From the NCBI GenBank assembly GCA_947628095.1, contig CANQYO010000003.1, forward strand, positions 1 through 50,847: DNA of 50,847 bases, read 5' to 3'. The translations under genes were made by a program, and so were the position numbers. This stretch comes from an uncultured Bacilli bacterium (GTDB lineage Bacteria; Bacillota_I; Bacilli_A; RF39; UBA660). Below are positions 30,035-39,441 of the stretch, in pieces; positions within the stretch are counted from its first letter, which is position 1, and each line of letters begins with the position of its first letter. Below the pieces are notes generated by a model. It was not told the DNA's origin. It made no database searches and saw nothing but the letters and a program-made list of their open reading frames with translations.

Positions 30035-30651
30035 AAAAATATACATATCAAGCTAAGACATTTGAGGAAGCTAAAAATTTAGCTATGGCTGAATTAATGG
30101 AGCAAGAAAGTAATCTTTATATAAAAGAAATTGCTAATACCAACAAATTATTTACTAAAAAAAGTGTAATTGAAGTAATCAAAAAGGAAGATGTTGTTGA
30201 ACATATAAAAAAATTAATAAAAGATATTTGTAATGATATGGGTTTAACTATCAATATGGAAGTTAAAAAAAGAGAAGATAGTTTAACTATTTCAATTTAT
30301 GCAGATAATAATGCCATTTTAATTGGTAAAAATGCTAAAACGTTAGATGCATTAAATACCATTATAAGACAAAGTATTTATAAAGAAATTGGAGAAAGTT
30401 ATAAATTTGTTTTAGATGTAAGTGAATATAAACAAAAGCGTGAATGGAATTTAGAACGTATGGCAAAGCAAATAGCTAGAGAAGTTGCTAAAACCAAAGT
30501 TGAAGCTAAATTAGACCCAATGAATTCATATGAACGAAGAATAATTCATAATACTTTGACTAATAATAAAAAGGTTTATACTGAAAGTACTGGTGAAGAA
30601 CCAAATCGTTATGTTGTTATTAAACCAAAAGAAGAAATATTAGAAAAATAA
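30031..30651 (+). CDS. jag: Jag/EloR (KhpB) RNA-binding protein
   Basis: Jag_N, KH (LIGK...TLDAL), R3H (PMNSYERRIIH). Confidence 0.93.
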   Translation: MKKYTYQAKTFEEAKNLAMAELMEQESNLYIKEIANTNKLFTKKSVIEVIKKEDVVEHIKKLIKDICNDMGLTINMEVKKREDSLTISIYADNNAILIGKNAKTLDALNTIIRQSIYKEIGESYKFVLDVSEYKQKREWNLERMAKQIAREVAKTKVEAKLDPMNSYERRIIHNTLTNNKKVYTESTGEEPNRYVVIKPKEEILEK

Positions 30652-30677
30652 TTGCTTTTTAAAAGGCAATTTTTTTA
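30649..30677 (+). terminator. Terminator after jag
   Basis: AATTGCTTTT-TA-AAAGGCAATT plus T-run. Confidence 0.7.
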
Positions 30678-30750
30678 TTTCAAAAACTAAACGACAAAAT
30701 ACTTCAAAATACGACAAATTAATTTGATAAAACAGATAAAGGTGATAAAA

Positions 30751-31116
30751 ATGGAAAGTATTTTAGAAAGTATAGAAGAATTACAAGGAATGATTGAAAA
30801 ATTAACGGAAGATGTAGCCTTAATTAAAGTTTCACACATTTTAGATAATTTGCTGATTGAATTAAAAGAAGAAAAATATGATATTCCAGAGAATAAAATA
30901 ATTTTTTTAATTAGATTTTTAGATACTAAGTCACCTTCTGATTTACTTTTATTTCACGGTATTTTAACAAATGAAATTAAGATTTTAGAAGAAGTGTTCC
31001 CTTCTCCTCGATATGAACTTTTTATTTTTTTAATGCGACTTTCTAATAAAATTCAAATTGTGAATGAAATATTTCCTAAAAGAAGTAAAAAATTAGTTTT
31101 CATGCATAACAAATAA
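30751..31116 (+). CDS. Hypothetical protein
   Basis: ORF; likely start ATG 30751 after AAGGTGA; followed by hairpin terminator near 31140-31175. Confidence 0.65.
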   Translation: MESILESIEELQGMIEKLTEDVALIKVSHILDNLLIELKEEKYDIPENKIIFLIRFLDTKSPSDLLLFHGILTNEIKILEEVFPSPRYELFIFLMRLSNKIQIVNEIFPKRSKKLVFMHNK

Positions 31117-31206
31117 AAAGAGGTTAAAGAATATAGATAAAAACTATGTTAAACAAATGACATAGTTTTCTTTTTGTGATACAATATGGGCAGTTGGGGT
31201 GATATT

Positions 31207-32559
31207 ATGAATGATACAATAGTATCTTTAGCAACCAATTTAGGAGTTGCAGCCATATCAATTATTAGAATAAGTGGACAAGAAAGTATTAAAATAGTAA
31301 ATGATTTATTTAAAGAAAAAGATTTAGAAAAAGTTAAAAGTCATACTATTAACTATGGTCATATTGTATTAGATGGTGAAATTATAGACGAGGTTTTAGT
31401 AAGTGTTATGAGAGGACCTAAAACTTATACAGGTGAAGATACCGTTGAAATTAATTGTCATGGTGGAATTGGAGCAACTAATAAAATATTAGAAATTTTA
31501 ATCAAAAAAGGATGTCGTTTAGCAAGTCGTGGTGAATTTACTAAAAAAAGATTTTTAAATGGGCATATAGATTTAATGCAAGCTGAAGCAATACTAGATT
31601 TAATCAATAGTGAAACTGAAAAAGAAAGAAAAGTAGCTATTCAAGGGTTAAACGGAAATTCTAGTAAAATGATTAAAGATTTAAGAGAAATCTTAATTAA
31701 TTTAATTAGTAATATAGAAGTAAATATAGATTACCCAGAATATGAAGATATATATGAAGTAACTAAAGAAGATATAAGAAAAAATATAGATATTATTCAT
31801 GAAAAGATTAAAAAAATTGTAGCTGAAAGTGAGAATGGAAAGTTAATTAAAAATGGTATAAAAACAGCTATAATTGGTCGTCCTAATGTTGGAAAAAGTA
31901 GTCTTTTAAATAGATTGCTTGGTAATGAAAAAGCAATTGTTACAGATATTCCGGGTACAACAAGAGATATTGTAGAAGGTAATATTTTAATAAATGGAAT
32001 TAAACTTAATATAATAGATACAGCTGGAATTAGAGAAACTAAAGATATTGTTGAACAAATTGGAGTTAATAAAAGTTTAGATATCATGGAAGAAGCTGAT
32101 TTAGTTCTTTTACTTTTAAATAACAATCAAGAATTAACTTCTGAAGATAAAGAGTTAATTGCTAAAACTAAAGATAAAAATACTATCATTGTTATTAATA
32201 AAAATGATTTAGAAGAAAAAATAGATATTAGTTCTTTAGATTTAGAAAATATAGTTTATATAAATACTTTAACTTATAAAGGAATAGAAGCTTTAAAAAA
32301 TAAGATAAATTCAATGTTTAATTTAGGAAAATTAGATACAAATGAATTTAATTATATAACTAATGAAAGACAACTTTCTAAATTAAGAGAATGTTTAGAT
32401 TTAAGTTTAGATGTTAAAAATAATCTTGATACCTTACCTTTAGATATTATAGAAGTTGATTTAAAAACAATTTGGAATACATTAGGTACTATTCTAGGTG
32501 TTACCTATGATAATGAATTGTTAGATAATTTGTTTAGTAAATTTTGTGTAGGAAAATAA
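31207..32559 (+). CDS. mnmE: tRNA modification GTPase MnmE
   Basis: GRPNVGKSS, GTTRD, DTAG, NKND, FCVGK C-terminus; start ATG 31207 after GGGGTGA. Confidence 0.97.
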   Translation: MNDTIVSLATNLGVAAISIIRISGQESIKIVNDLFKEKDLEKVKSHTINYGHIVLDGEIIDEVLVSVMRGPKTYTGEDTVEINCHGGIGATNKILEILIKKGCRLASRGEFTKKRFLNGHIDLMQAEAILDLINSETEKERKVAIQGLNGNSSKMIKDLREILINLISNIEVNIDYPEYEDIYEVTKEDIRKNIDIIHEKIKKIVAESENGKLIKNGIKTAIIGRPNVGKSSLLNRLLGNEKAIVTDIPGTTRDIVEGNILINGIKLNIIDTAGIRETKDIVEQIGVNKSLDIMEEADLVLLLLNNNQELTSEDKELIAKTKDKNTIIVINKNDLEEKIDISSLDLENIVYINTLTYKGIEALKNKINSMFNLGKLDTNEFNYITNERQLSKLRECLDLSLDVKNNLDTLPLDIIEVDLKTIWNTLGTILGVTYDNELLDNLFSKFCVGK

Positions 32560-32577
32560 AAAACAGTTGGGGGAAAT

Positions 32578-33027
32578 ATGAAAATTGAATTACAAGATAA
32601 AGAGTTAGAAAAAAATTTAAAAAATGCTACGTTAGAAGAAATAATTAAAATAGAAAAAAGAATAATTGCTACTAATCAAGATTTTATAAGAGTAAATAAA
32701 ATAAATCAAAAAATTTTGAATATTGTTAAGAAAAGTTTGATTGTAATATTTACAATGTTATTACTTACTAAAAGTAATGTAAGTTTTAATAAAGAATTAT
32801 TTTTAAAGACAATTTTAGTTATAATTGAAACTATTTTTGTTTCAAAAATTGATAAAAGAGAACAATTATTATTAAAAGAAATATTAGTTGAAACTGATAT
32901 TATTAATTTGAGTAAGTTAATTTTAGAGTGTTATAAAGAAGATTTAGAAGCAAAAAATTATACAGATTTAGAATTACATGAATTACAAGAAAAGATGTTA
33001 AAGTTAAAAGATGGATTAGAGATGTAA
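32578..33027 (+). CDS. Hypothetical protein with two short hydrophobic segments
   Basis: 149-aa ORF, RBS GGGGG; inserted between mnmE and mnmG. Confidence 0.65.
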   Translation: MKIELQDKELEKNLKNATLEEIIKIEKRIIATNQDFIRVNKINQKILNIVKKSLIVIFTMLLLTKSNVSFNKELFLKTILVIIETIFVSKIDKREQLLLKEILVETDIINLSKLILECYKEDLEAKNYTDLELHELQEKMLKLKDGLEM

Positions 33028-33346
33028 AATATTATATGTAAGATATGGAGTTATTTTATTAATACTATTGAAGAAATATTAGTAGTAATGATAAAATAAA
33101 AAAGAGATATGATTTAATTTTTTGCCGTTAAGTACTATCTCTGTTCAATTAATTGATTTGAAGAAGAATGCACCATTCAGTAATGAAAGGTGTTTTTTCT
33201 TCTAGTTCTTTTTTTTAAAAAGTTTATAAGAAGTATAACTTTTACAAATGCTATAGGTGAAGACACTTATATAAAAATATATTTATTATTTACAAGAAAT
33301 AAGTTTTGTTGTATAATCTCTAAGTATTGATATGGGAAGTGATTAG

Positions 33347-35209
33347 ATGGAATTTGAAGCCATAGTTGTAGGTGGTGGACATGCTGGTTGTGAAGCAAGT
33401 TTAGCTCTTGCTAGATTAAACCATAAGACATTGTTAGTTACGGGAAATATTAAAAATATTGCCGATATGCCATGTAATCCTAGTGTTGGAGGTCCAGCTA
33501 AAGGAATTTTAGTTAGAGAAATTGACGCTTTAGGTGGTGAAATGGGAGTTAATACTGACAAAAGTCATTTGCAACTTAAAATGTTAAATACTAAAAAAGG
33601 ACCAGCTGTTTGGGCATTAAGAGCTCAAGCTGATAAAATAACCTACCCTAAAGAAATGTTAAAAACATTAAGAAGTACGAAAAATCTAGAAATTAAAGAA
33701 GCTATAGTTGACGATTTAATTGTTTCAAATCAAAAAGTTATAGGAGTTAAGCTTGAAAGTGGTGAAGAAATTAAATCAAAAGTTGTAATACTTACAACCG
33801 GAACTTATTTAAAAGCTGATATTTTAGTAGGAGCTAGTAGAACTCCTGGAGGACCACACGGTGAAAAAGAAGCTAAAAATTTATCAGATAATTTAAGAAA
33901 ATTCGGACTTACTATTCAAAGACTTAAGACTGGTACTCCTCAAAGAATAGCAAAAAATTCCATTGATTATAGTGTTTTAGAACGTGAAGATGGAGATAAG
34001 ATTTTAAGAACATTTTCTTTTGATATAGAACCGCTTTATAAAATAGAAGACCAAGTGCCATGTTATTTAACTTATACCAATTTAGAAACTCATAAAATAA
34101 TTATGGAAAATCTTGAAAAATCAAGTATGTATGGTGGTTATGTAAGAGGAATTGGTCCAAGATATTGTCCTTCCATTGAAGATAAAGTTGTAAGATTTAA
34201 AGATAAAGAAAGACATCAATTATTTTTAGAACCTGAAAGTAAATATTATGATGATATCTATCTTCAAGGTTTTTCAACTAGTATGCCTCATGATATTCAA
34301 GAAAAAATGGTTCATAGTTTAAAAGGCCTTGAACATGCTAAAATATTAAAATATGCTTATGCAATTGAATATGATGCAATTGACCCATTAGAAATGCAAG
34401 CTAGTTTAGAAAATAAAAAAATTGAGAATTTATTTACAGCTGGACAAATTAATGGAACTAGTGGTTATGAAGAAGCAGCAGCTCAAGGTTTGATGGCAGG
34501 AATTAATGCTAGTTTAAAAATGCGAGGTTTAGAACCACTTATTTTAAAAAGAAATGAAGCATATATTGGAGTTTTAATAGACGATTTAGTAACTAAAGGA
34601 ACAAAAGAACCTTATCGTATGTTAACATCTCGTGCTGAATATCGACTTTTACTTCGTAATGACAATGCCGATATAAGATTAAGAGAATATGGACATCAAG
34701 TTGGTTTAATAGACGATATCAGATATGCTAAATTTAAAGATAAATTAAAACAAATAGAAGAATTAACTAATAAATTAAAAGAAATCAAAATATTACCAAC
34801 TGAAAAAGATTTAATTGAAAAACTTCATACCTCCCCTATTCTAGATGGTATTACTTTATATGATTTATTAAAAAGACCAGAAATTAGTATAGATAAATTA
34901 ATGGAACTTGGAAAAATTGAAGAAAAATATTCTGATGCTGTTCTTGAACAAGTTTCAATTGCAATAAAATATCAAGGTTATATTGCTAAAGAAATGAAAG
35001 AAGCTTCAAAACTTTCAGAGCTTGAAGATATAAAAATACCAACTGATATTGATTATAATAAAATACTAAATATTGCTAGTGAAGGACGTCAAAAGTTAGA
35101 CCAAGTAAAACCTAGAACTTTAGGACAAGCTAGTCGAATAAGTGGAGTTAACCCAAGTGATATAGCAGTTTTAAGTGTTTATTTAAAGAGGTATAAGAAT
35201 GAACATTGA
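33347..35209 (+). CDS. mnmG: tRNA uridine-5-carboxymethylaminomethyl modification enzyme MnmG (GidA)
   Basis: GGGHAGCEA, MPCNPSVGG, GPRYCPSIEDK, AGQINGTSGYEEAAAQG. Confidence 0.98.
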   Translation: MEFEAIVVGGGHAGCEASLALARLNHKTLLVTGNIKNIADMPCNPSVGGPAKGILVREIDALGGEMGVNTDKSHLQLKMLNTKKGPAVWALRAQADKITYPKEMLKTLRSTKNLEIKEAIVDDLIVSNQKVIGVKLESGEEIKSKVVILTTGTYLKADILVGASRTPGGPHGEKEAKNLSDNLRKFGLTIQRLKTGTPQRIAKNSIDYSVLEREDGDKILRTFSFDIEPLYKIEDQVPCYLTYTNLETHKIIMENLEKSSMYGGYVRGIGPRYCPSIEDKVVRFKDKERHQLFLEPESKYYDDIYLQGFSTSMPHDIQEKMVHSLKGLEHAKILKYAYAIEYDAIDPLEMQASLENKKIENLFTAGQINGTSGYEEAAAQGLMAGINASLKMRGLEPLILKRNEAYIGVLIDDLVTKGTKEPYRMLTSRAEYRLLLRNDNADIRLREYGHQVGLIDDIRYAKFKDKLKQIEELTNKLKEIKILPTEKDLIEKLHTSPILDGITLYDLLKRPEISIDKLMELGKIEEKYSDAVLEQVSIAIKYQGYIAKEMKEASKLSELEDIKIPTDIDYNKILNIASEGRQKLDQVKPRTLGQASRISGVNPSDIAVLSVYLKRYKNEH

Positions 35210-35912
35210 AGAATTTAAGTCAGAACTTTTAAAATTAAATATAAATTTATCTCAAGAAAAATTAGCTAAATTAGAAAAATTTTATGAACTTTTAATTACT
35301 TGGAATGAAAAGATTAATTTAACAACTATTACTGATAAAGAAGAAGTTTATTTAAAACATTTTTATGATAGTTTAACTTTAATTAAAGCTATTGATTTGA
35401 CTAAAGATTTAAAATTATTAGATGTTGGAACAGGAGCTGGGTTTCCAGGAATTGTTTTAAAAATAGTATTTCCCAATTTAAAAATAACACTTTTGGATGC
35501 TACAAGTAAACGTATAAATTATTTAAATGAAATTATTAAAGAGCTTGATTTAAAGGAAATAGAAACGGAATGCACAAGAATTGAAGACTATTCAAGAATT
35601 AATAAAGATAAATATGATGTTGTAGTAGCAAGAGCTGTTGCCCATTTAGGAATATTAATAGAAACAATTATGCCAACAGTTAAGGTAAATGGGTATTTTA
35701 TAGCTATGAAAGCAAATGTTTTGAATGAAATAGCTGAAAGTAATAAAATTTTAAATCAAATAGGAGCTAGAATAATTCAATGTGAAGAATTTGTACTTCC
35801 TAAAGAAGATAGTTTAAGGACTTTGGTTAAAATACAAAAAATGACTGAAACTCCACTTGAATTTCCAAGACGTTTTGATAAGATAAAAAAAGATTATTTA
35901 AAAAATAAATAA
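35199..35912 (+). CDS. rsmG: 16S rRNA m7G527 methyltransferase
   Basis: HFYDSL, DVGTGAGFPG, ARAVA. Confidence 0.97.
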   Translation: MNIEEFKSELLKLNINLSQEKLAKLEKFYELLITWNEKINLTTITDKEEVYLKHFYDSLTLIKAIDLTKDLKLLDVGTGAGFPGIVLKIVFPNLKITLLDATSKRINYLNEIIKELDLKEIETECTRIEDYSRINKDKYDVVVARAVAHLGILIETIMPTVKVNGYFIAMKANVLNEIAESNKILNQIGARIIQCEEFVLPKEDSLRTLVKIQKMTETPLEFPRRFDKIKKDYLKNK

Positions 35913-35916
35913 AAGG

Positions 35917-36077
35917 TTAATCTGTTAAAAAGACATGTCGCCTTCTCGTTTTAATACGAGCTATGCAAATGCTAGTAATTGGAGTATTCCACCTTCTGGT
36001 GAGTTAAGTCCCTGGGATAGTGTTGTTGCTTCCATTGGCGTGCGCAAGATTTTAACTAAATCTTTTAAATAGATTAA
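35917..36077 (+). ncRNA. Putative structured ncRNA (6S-like long hairpin with central bubble)
   Basis: GC-richer ORF-free island; terminal stem with 16/17 pairs; internal stems with several G-U pairs favouring the + strand. Confidence 0.5.
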
Positions 36078-36177
36078 GGTTTCTTTAAAAGAAGTTAAAA
36101 ACAAGATTATCCTTAGTTTAACTAAAAACTAAAATATAGATGTTTACATATTAGATATTAAACTAAAACTATATTAT

Positions 36178-36208
36178 ATCACAGTGGGAAATACTGTGAT
36201 TTTCTTTT
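36178..36208 (+). terminator. Intrinsic terminator upstream of the noc promoter
   Basis: ATCACAGT-GGGAAAT-ACTGTGAT-TTTCTTTT. Confidence 0.7.
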
Positions 36209-36310
36209 ACAAAATTTCTACAAAAATGGAAAAAAACATTGTCAAAAATACAATTTTGATATAATATATTATCATAGGGAAATACTAGAAAAGAAGAAAG
36301 AAGGGATTGT

Positions 36311-38464
36311 ATGAATAAAGATAAATTAGATAATGAAGTAGTTTATCTAAGAATAGATGACATTATTCCTAATCGTTTTCAACCTCGGGAAATATTTGAT
36401 GAAACGGGTTTAGAAGAACTATCAGATTCAATTAAAGAACATGGAATTATTCAGCCTATTGTTGTTCGTCCTATTGGAGATAAATATGAACTTATTGCCG
36501 GTGAAAGAAGAACAAAAGCTAGTGCTCTAGCGGGTTTAACAACAATTCCAGCTATTGTTCGTGATATGGATGATACAGAAAGTGCTAAAGTATCTCTTCT
36601 TGAAAATTTACAACGAAAAAATTTAAGTGCTATTGAAGAAGCAAGAACTTATAAAAGAATATTAGATTTAGCTAATATGACTCAGGAAGAACTTGCTAAG
36701 ACAATGGGAAAAAGTCAACCAATGGTTGCTAATAAACTTCGTCTTTTAGCTCTTCCAGAGGAAGTTCAAGATGCTTTAATTAAAAATCAAATTTCTGAAA
36801 GACATGCAAGAAGTTTATTAAATATAAAAAATAAACAAGAACAATTAAAATTATTAGATAGAATTCGTGATGAGCGTTTAACAGTTCGAGAATTAGATAA
36901 AGTAATAAAAGAAATGAAAGAAAATAATACAGAAAATAATGCTATAGTTCAAGGAGGAGCTAGTATGAATAACGGAATGCCAAATTATAATTCTACACAA
37001 AGTTCACAAAATCAATATGGTATGCAACAAGGTTATAGTCGTAATTTTGGAAATATGGGTTTAAATGATTATCAAAGTACAATCAATAATGGTATGTTTA
37101 ATAATATTCCAAATTTTAATAATACAGAAAATACAATGCCTCAGACAAATATTGGAAGTATGGCATCAGTTGAAAATTCTAATTCTAATAACAATAATTA
37201 TGATTATAGTTCATTTGATAGTAGTAAAGATTTCAAAATGCCAACTGAAGAAAATAATAACTATTTTGATATTCCAAACAACAACTCTACTCCAGGAAAT
37301 TATAGTTCTTTAGGTTCAATGTTTGATGGAAATAATACTAATTCTAATGTTCAATCAGATTTTTCTTTAAATTCTGATAATAATGCCAATAATCAAAATT
37401 TATTTGTAAGTCAAATTAGAGAAAATGATACCAGACCATCTGAAAATCAATTTTTACCAAATTTTGATACAATGCCAAATAATATGGGAAATAATGAATT
37501 TATGCCTTCTAATAACATGATGGGAATGTCTAATTCTATGCCAAATGATTTTCAAGTTAACAATCAAAATACTAATTATATGAATTTTGCACCTAATAAT
37601 GGAATGAATGAATTTAATTCAGGTTTTGGAGATTTAAATCAAAACTTTGGACAATCTAATTTTGGTATTAATCAAAATAATGGTGGTTTAGATGGTATAA
37701 ATAATTATCAAAAACCAATTGAAGATTTTGCATTTCCTAGTAATAACCCTCAATCTAATTATTCAGTTCCTCAAGGTGGCTTATTCAATCAACCATTAAA
37801 TATAGTTGATGTTCCAGGTAGTTCAGGACCTAATGATACTTCAATGAGCTTTAATGAAGATACTAAACCAACTGGGGAAAATAACAAAGAAGAAAATAAT
37901 GAAACAGATAAGTCTGAAGAAGCACCTGATGTTTCTAAATCGGAATTTTCTGATTTATTCAATATTCCAGCTGTACCAGTAGAACCTTCAGAACCTACTG
38001 AAAATAAAGAAAATGAGCCTGAAGTGTCTGGAGAAGAAGCAAAAGACGAAGATAATAAAGATAATAATCAAGAAGAAAAAGAAACTGAAAATAATGGACA
38101 AGAAGAAAATACTTCTGAATCTTCTGATATTGAAGAAGTAGAAGTTATTGATACTATAGGAAATGAGACTAAAGAAGAAACTTCAAATGTTGCTGAAACT
38201 ACCAATGAAGGAGAAACTAATCAAACTTTAGAAACAGTAACAATAAATACAGCACCTGAAACACCAGAAGAAGTAAAGGAAGATAATAAAAACAATAATC
38301 AATATATATCTCTTGAACCAGTTAAGACTATCTTTGATACTAGAGGAGCTGTATTAGAATTAAAGAAAACAACAGATGCAATAAAACAAAATAATATAAG
38401 TATTGATACTGAAGAAATAGAATTTGACGATTATTATCAAATAACAATTAAAATTAAAAAATAA
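36311..38464 (+). CDS. noc: Nucleoid occlusion protein Noc (ParB family) with very long low-complexity insertion
   Basis: ParB N-domain (NRFQPR, GERR, ENLQR), Noc-type HTH KSQ..VANKLRLL and ERHAR, Noc-like tail DTR.A...EEIEFDDYYQITIKI; located between rsmG and soj. Confidence 0.85.
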   Translation: MNKDKLDNEVVYLRIDDIIPNRFQPREIFDETGLEELSDSIKEHGIIQPIVVRPIGDKYELIAGERRTKASALAGLTTIPAIVRDMDDTESAKVSLLENLQRKNLSAIEEARTYKRILDLANMTQEELAKTMGKSQPMVANKLRLLALPEEVQDALIKNQISERHARSLLNIKNKQEQLKLLDRIRDERLTVRELDKVIKEMKENNTENNAIVQGGASMNNGMPNYNSTQSSQNQYGMQQGYSRNFGNMGLNDYQSTINNGMFNNIPNFNNTENTMPQTNIGSMASVENSNSNNNNYDYSSFDSSKDFKMPTEENNNYFDIPNNNSTPGNYSSLGSMFDGNNTNSNVQSDFSLNSDNNANNQNLFVSQIRENDTRPSENQFLPNFDTMPNNMGNNEFMPSNNMMGMSNSMPNDFQVNNQNTNYMNFAPNNGMNEFNSGFGDLNQNFGQSNFGINQNNGGLDGINNYQKPIEDFAFPSNNPQSNYSVPQGGLFNQPLNIVDVPGSSGPNDTSMSFNEDTKPTGENNKEENNETDKSEEAPDVSKSEFSDLFNIPAVPVEPSEPTENKENEPEVSGEEAKDEDNKDNNQEEKETENNGQEENTSESSDIEEVEVIDTIGNETKEETSNVAETTNEGETNQTLETVTINTAPETPEEVKEDNKNNNQYISLEPVKTIFDTRGAVLELKKTTDAIKQNNISIDTEEIEFDDYYQITIKIKK

Positions 38465-38655
38465 AAATAAAAAAAGAAGTTATTAATTATTAAATAATTT
38501 ATGTTTAAAAAATTGATAACTTTTTTATTTTTTCTAAATTCAATAAAATCAAGGCTTTTAAGATAAAAAAAACAAATATTCTGCTTAAATACCTTTGCTA
38601 ATTTTCGTATTATTTGATAGAATAGAAATGACAACGATATAGAAGGTGGTACAAT

Positions 38656-39441
38656 ATGGGAAAAATAATATCATTAGTAAATCAAAAAGGCGGTGTTGGT
38701 AAAACAACTACTAGCATTAATTTATCAGCAAGTCTTGCTCTTTTAGGAAAGAATGTTTTATTGATTGACCTTGACCCTCAAGGAAATGCAACAACAGGAG
38801 TGGGAATTAATAAAGGCGATATAGATAAAAGCATTTACGATTTACTAAGAGGTAATTGTAATGCCTTAGATGTTATTGTTAAAACTGATTTTCCAAAATT
38901 AGATATAATTCCTGCTACAATTCAATTAGCTGGTATTGATATTGAATTAATGGAAAAAAGTCGAGTTGATACAAGTTTTAAAAAACAATATCAATTAAAA
39001 GAAAAAATAGCAGATATTAAAGATAAATACGATTACATTATTATAGATTGTCCTCCAAGTTTAGGTATGATAACAACTAATGCTTTAACAGCTAGTAATT
39101 CCGTTTTAATTCCTGTTCAATGTGAATTTTATGCATTGGAAGGAATAACTCAATTGTTAAATACAGTTATGTTAGCACAGAAGAATTTGAACCCTAATCT
39201 TGATTTAGAGGGAGTTTTACTTACAATGTTATCAAAATCTAATTTAGGACTTGATGTAATTGAAGAAATCAGAAGTTATTTTAAAGATAAAGTATACGAT
39301 ACAATAATTCCAAGATTAATTAGATTAGCTGAAGCACCTAGTCATGGTAAACCAATTGTATCTTATGACCCAAAAAGTAAAGGCTCAGAAGCTTATATAA
39401 ATTTAGCAAAGGAAGTGATAATGAGAAATGGAAACAAATAG
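38656..39441 (+). CDS. soj: ParA/Soj ATPase
   Basis: NQKGGVGKTT, DLDPQGNAT, IDCPPSLG, PVQCE, EAPSHG. Confidence 0.97.
   Translation: MGKIISLVNQKGGVGKTTTSINLSASLALLGKNVLLIDLDPQGNATTGVGINKGDIDKSIYDLLRGNCNALDVIVKTDFPKLDIIPATIQLAGIDIELMEKSRVDTSFKKQYQLKEKIADIKDKYDYIIIDCPPSLGMITTNALTASNSVLIPVQCEFYALEGITQLLNTVMLAQKNLNPNLDLEGVLLTMLSKSNLGLDVIEEIRSYFKDKVYDTIIPRLIRLAEAPSHGKPIVSYDPKSKGSEAYINLAKEVIMRNGNK

Noticed and set aside
35917..36077. Assignment of the structured island to RNase P RNA, tmRNA or a known riboswitch
   Set aside because: No GAGGAAAGTCC, no tRNA-like ends or tag ORF, and no recognisable aptamer consensus; left as an unassigned 6S-like candidate.
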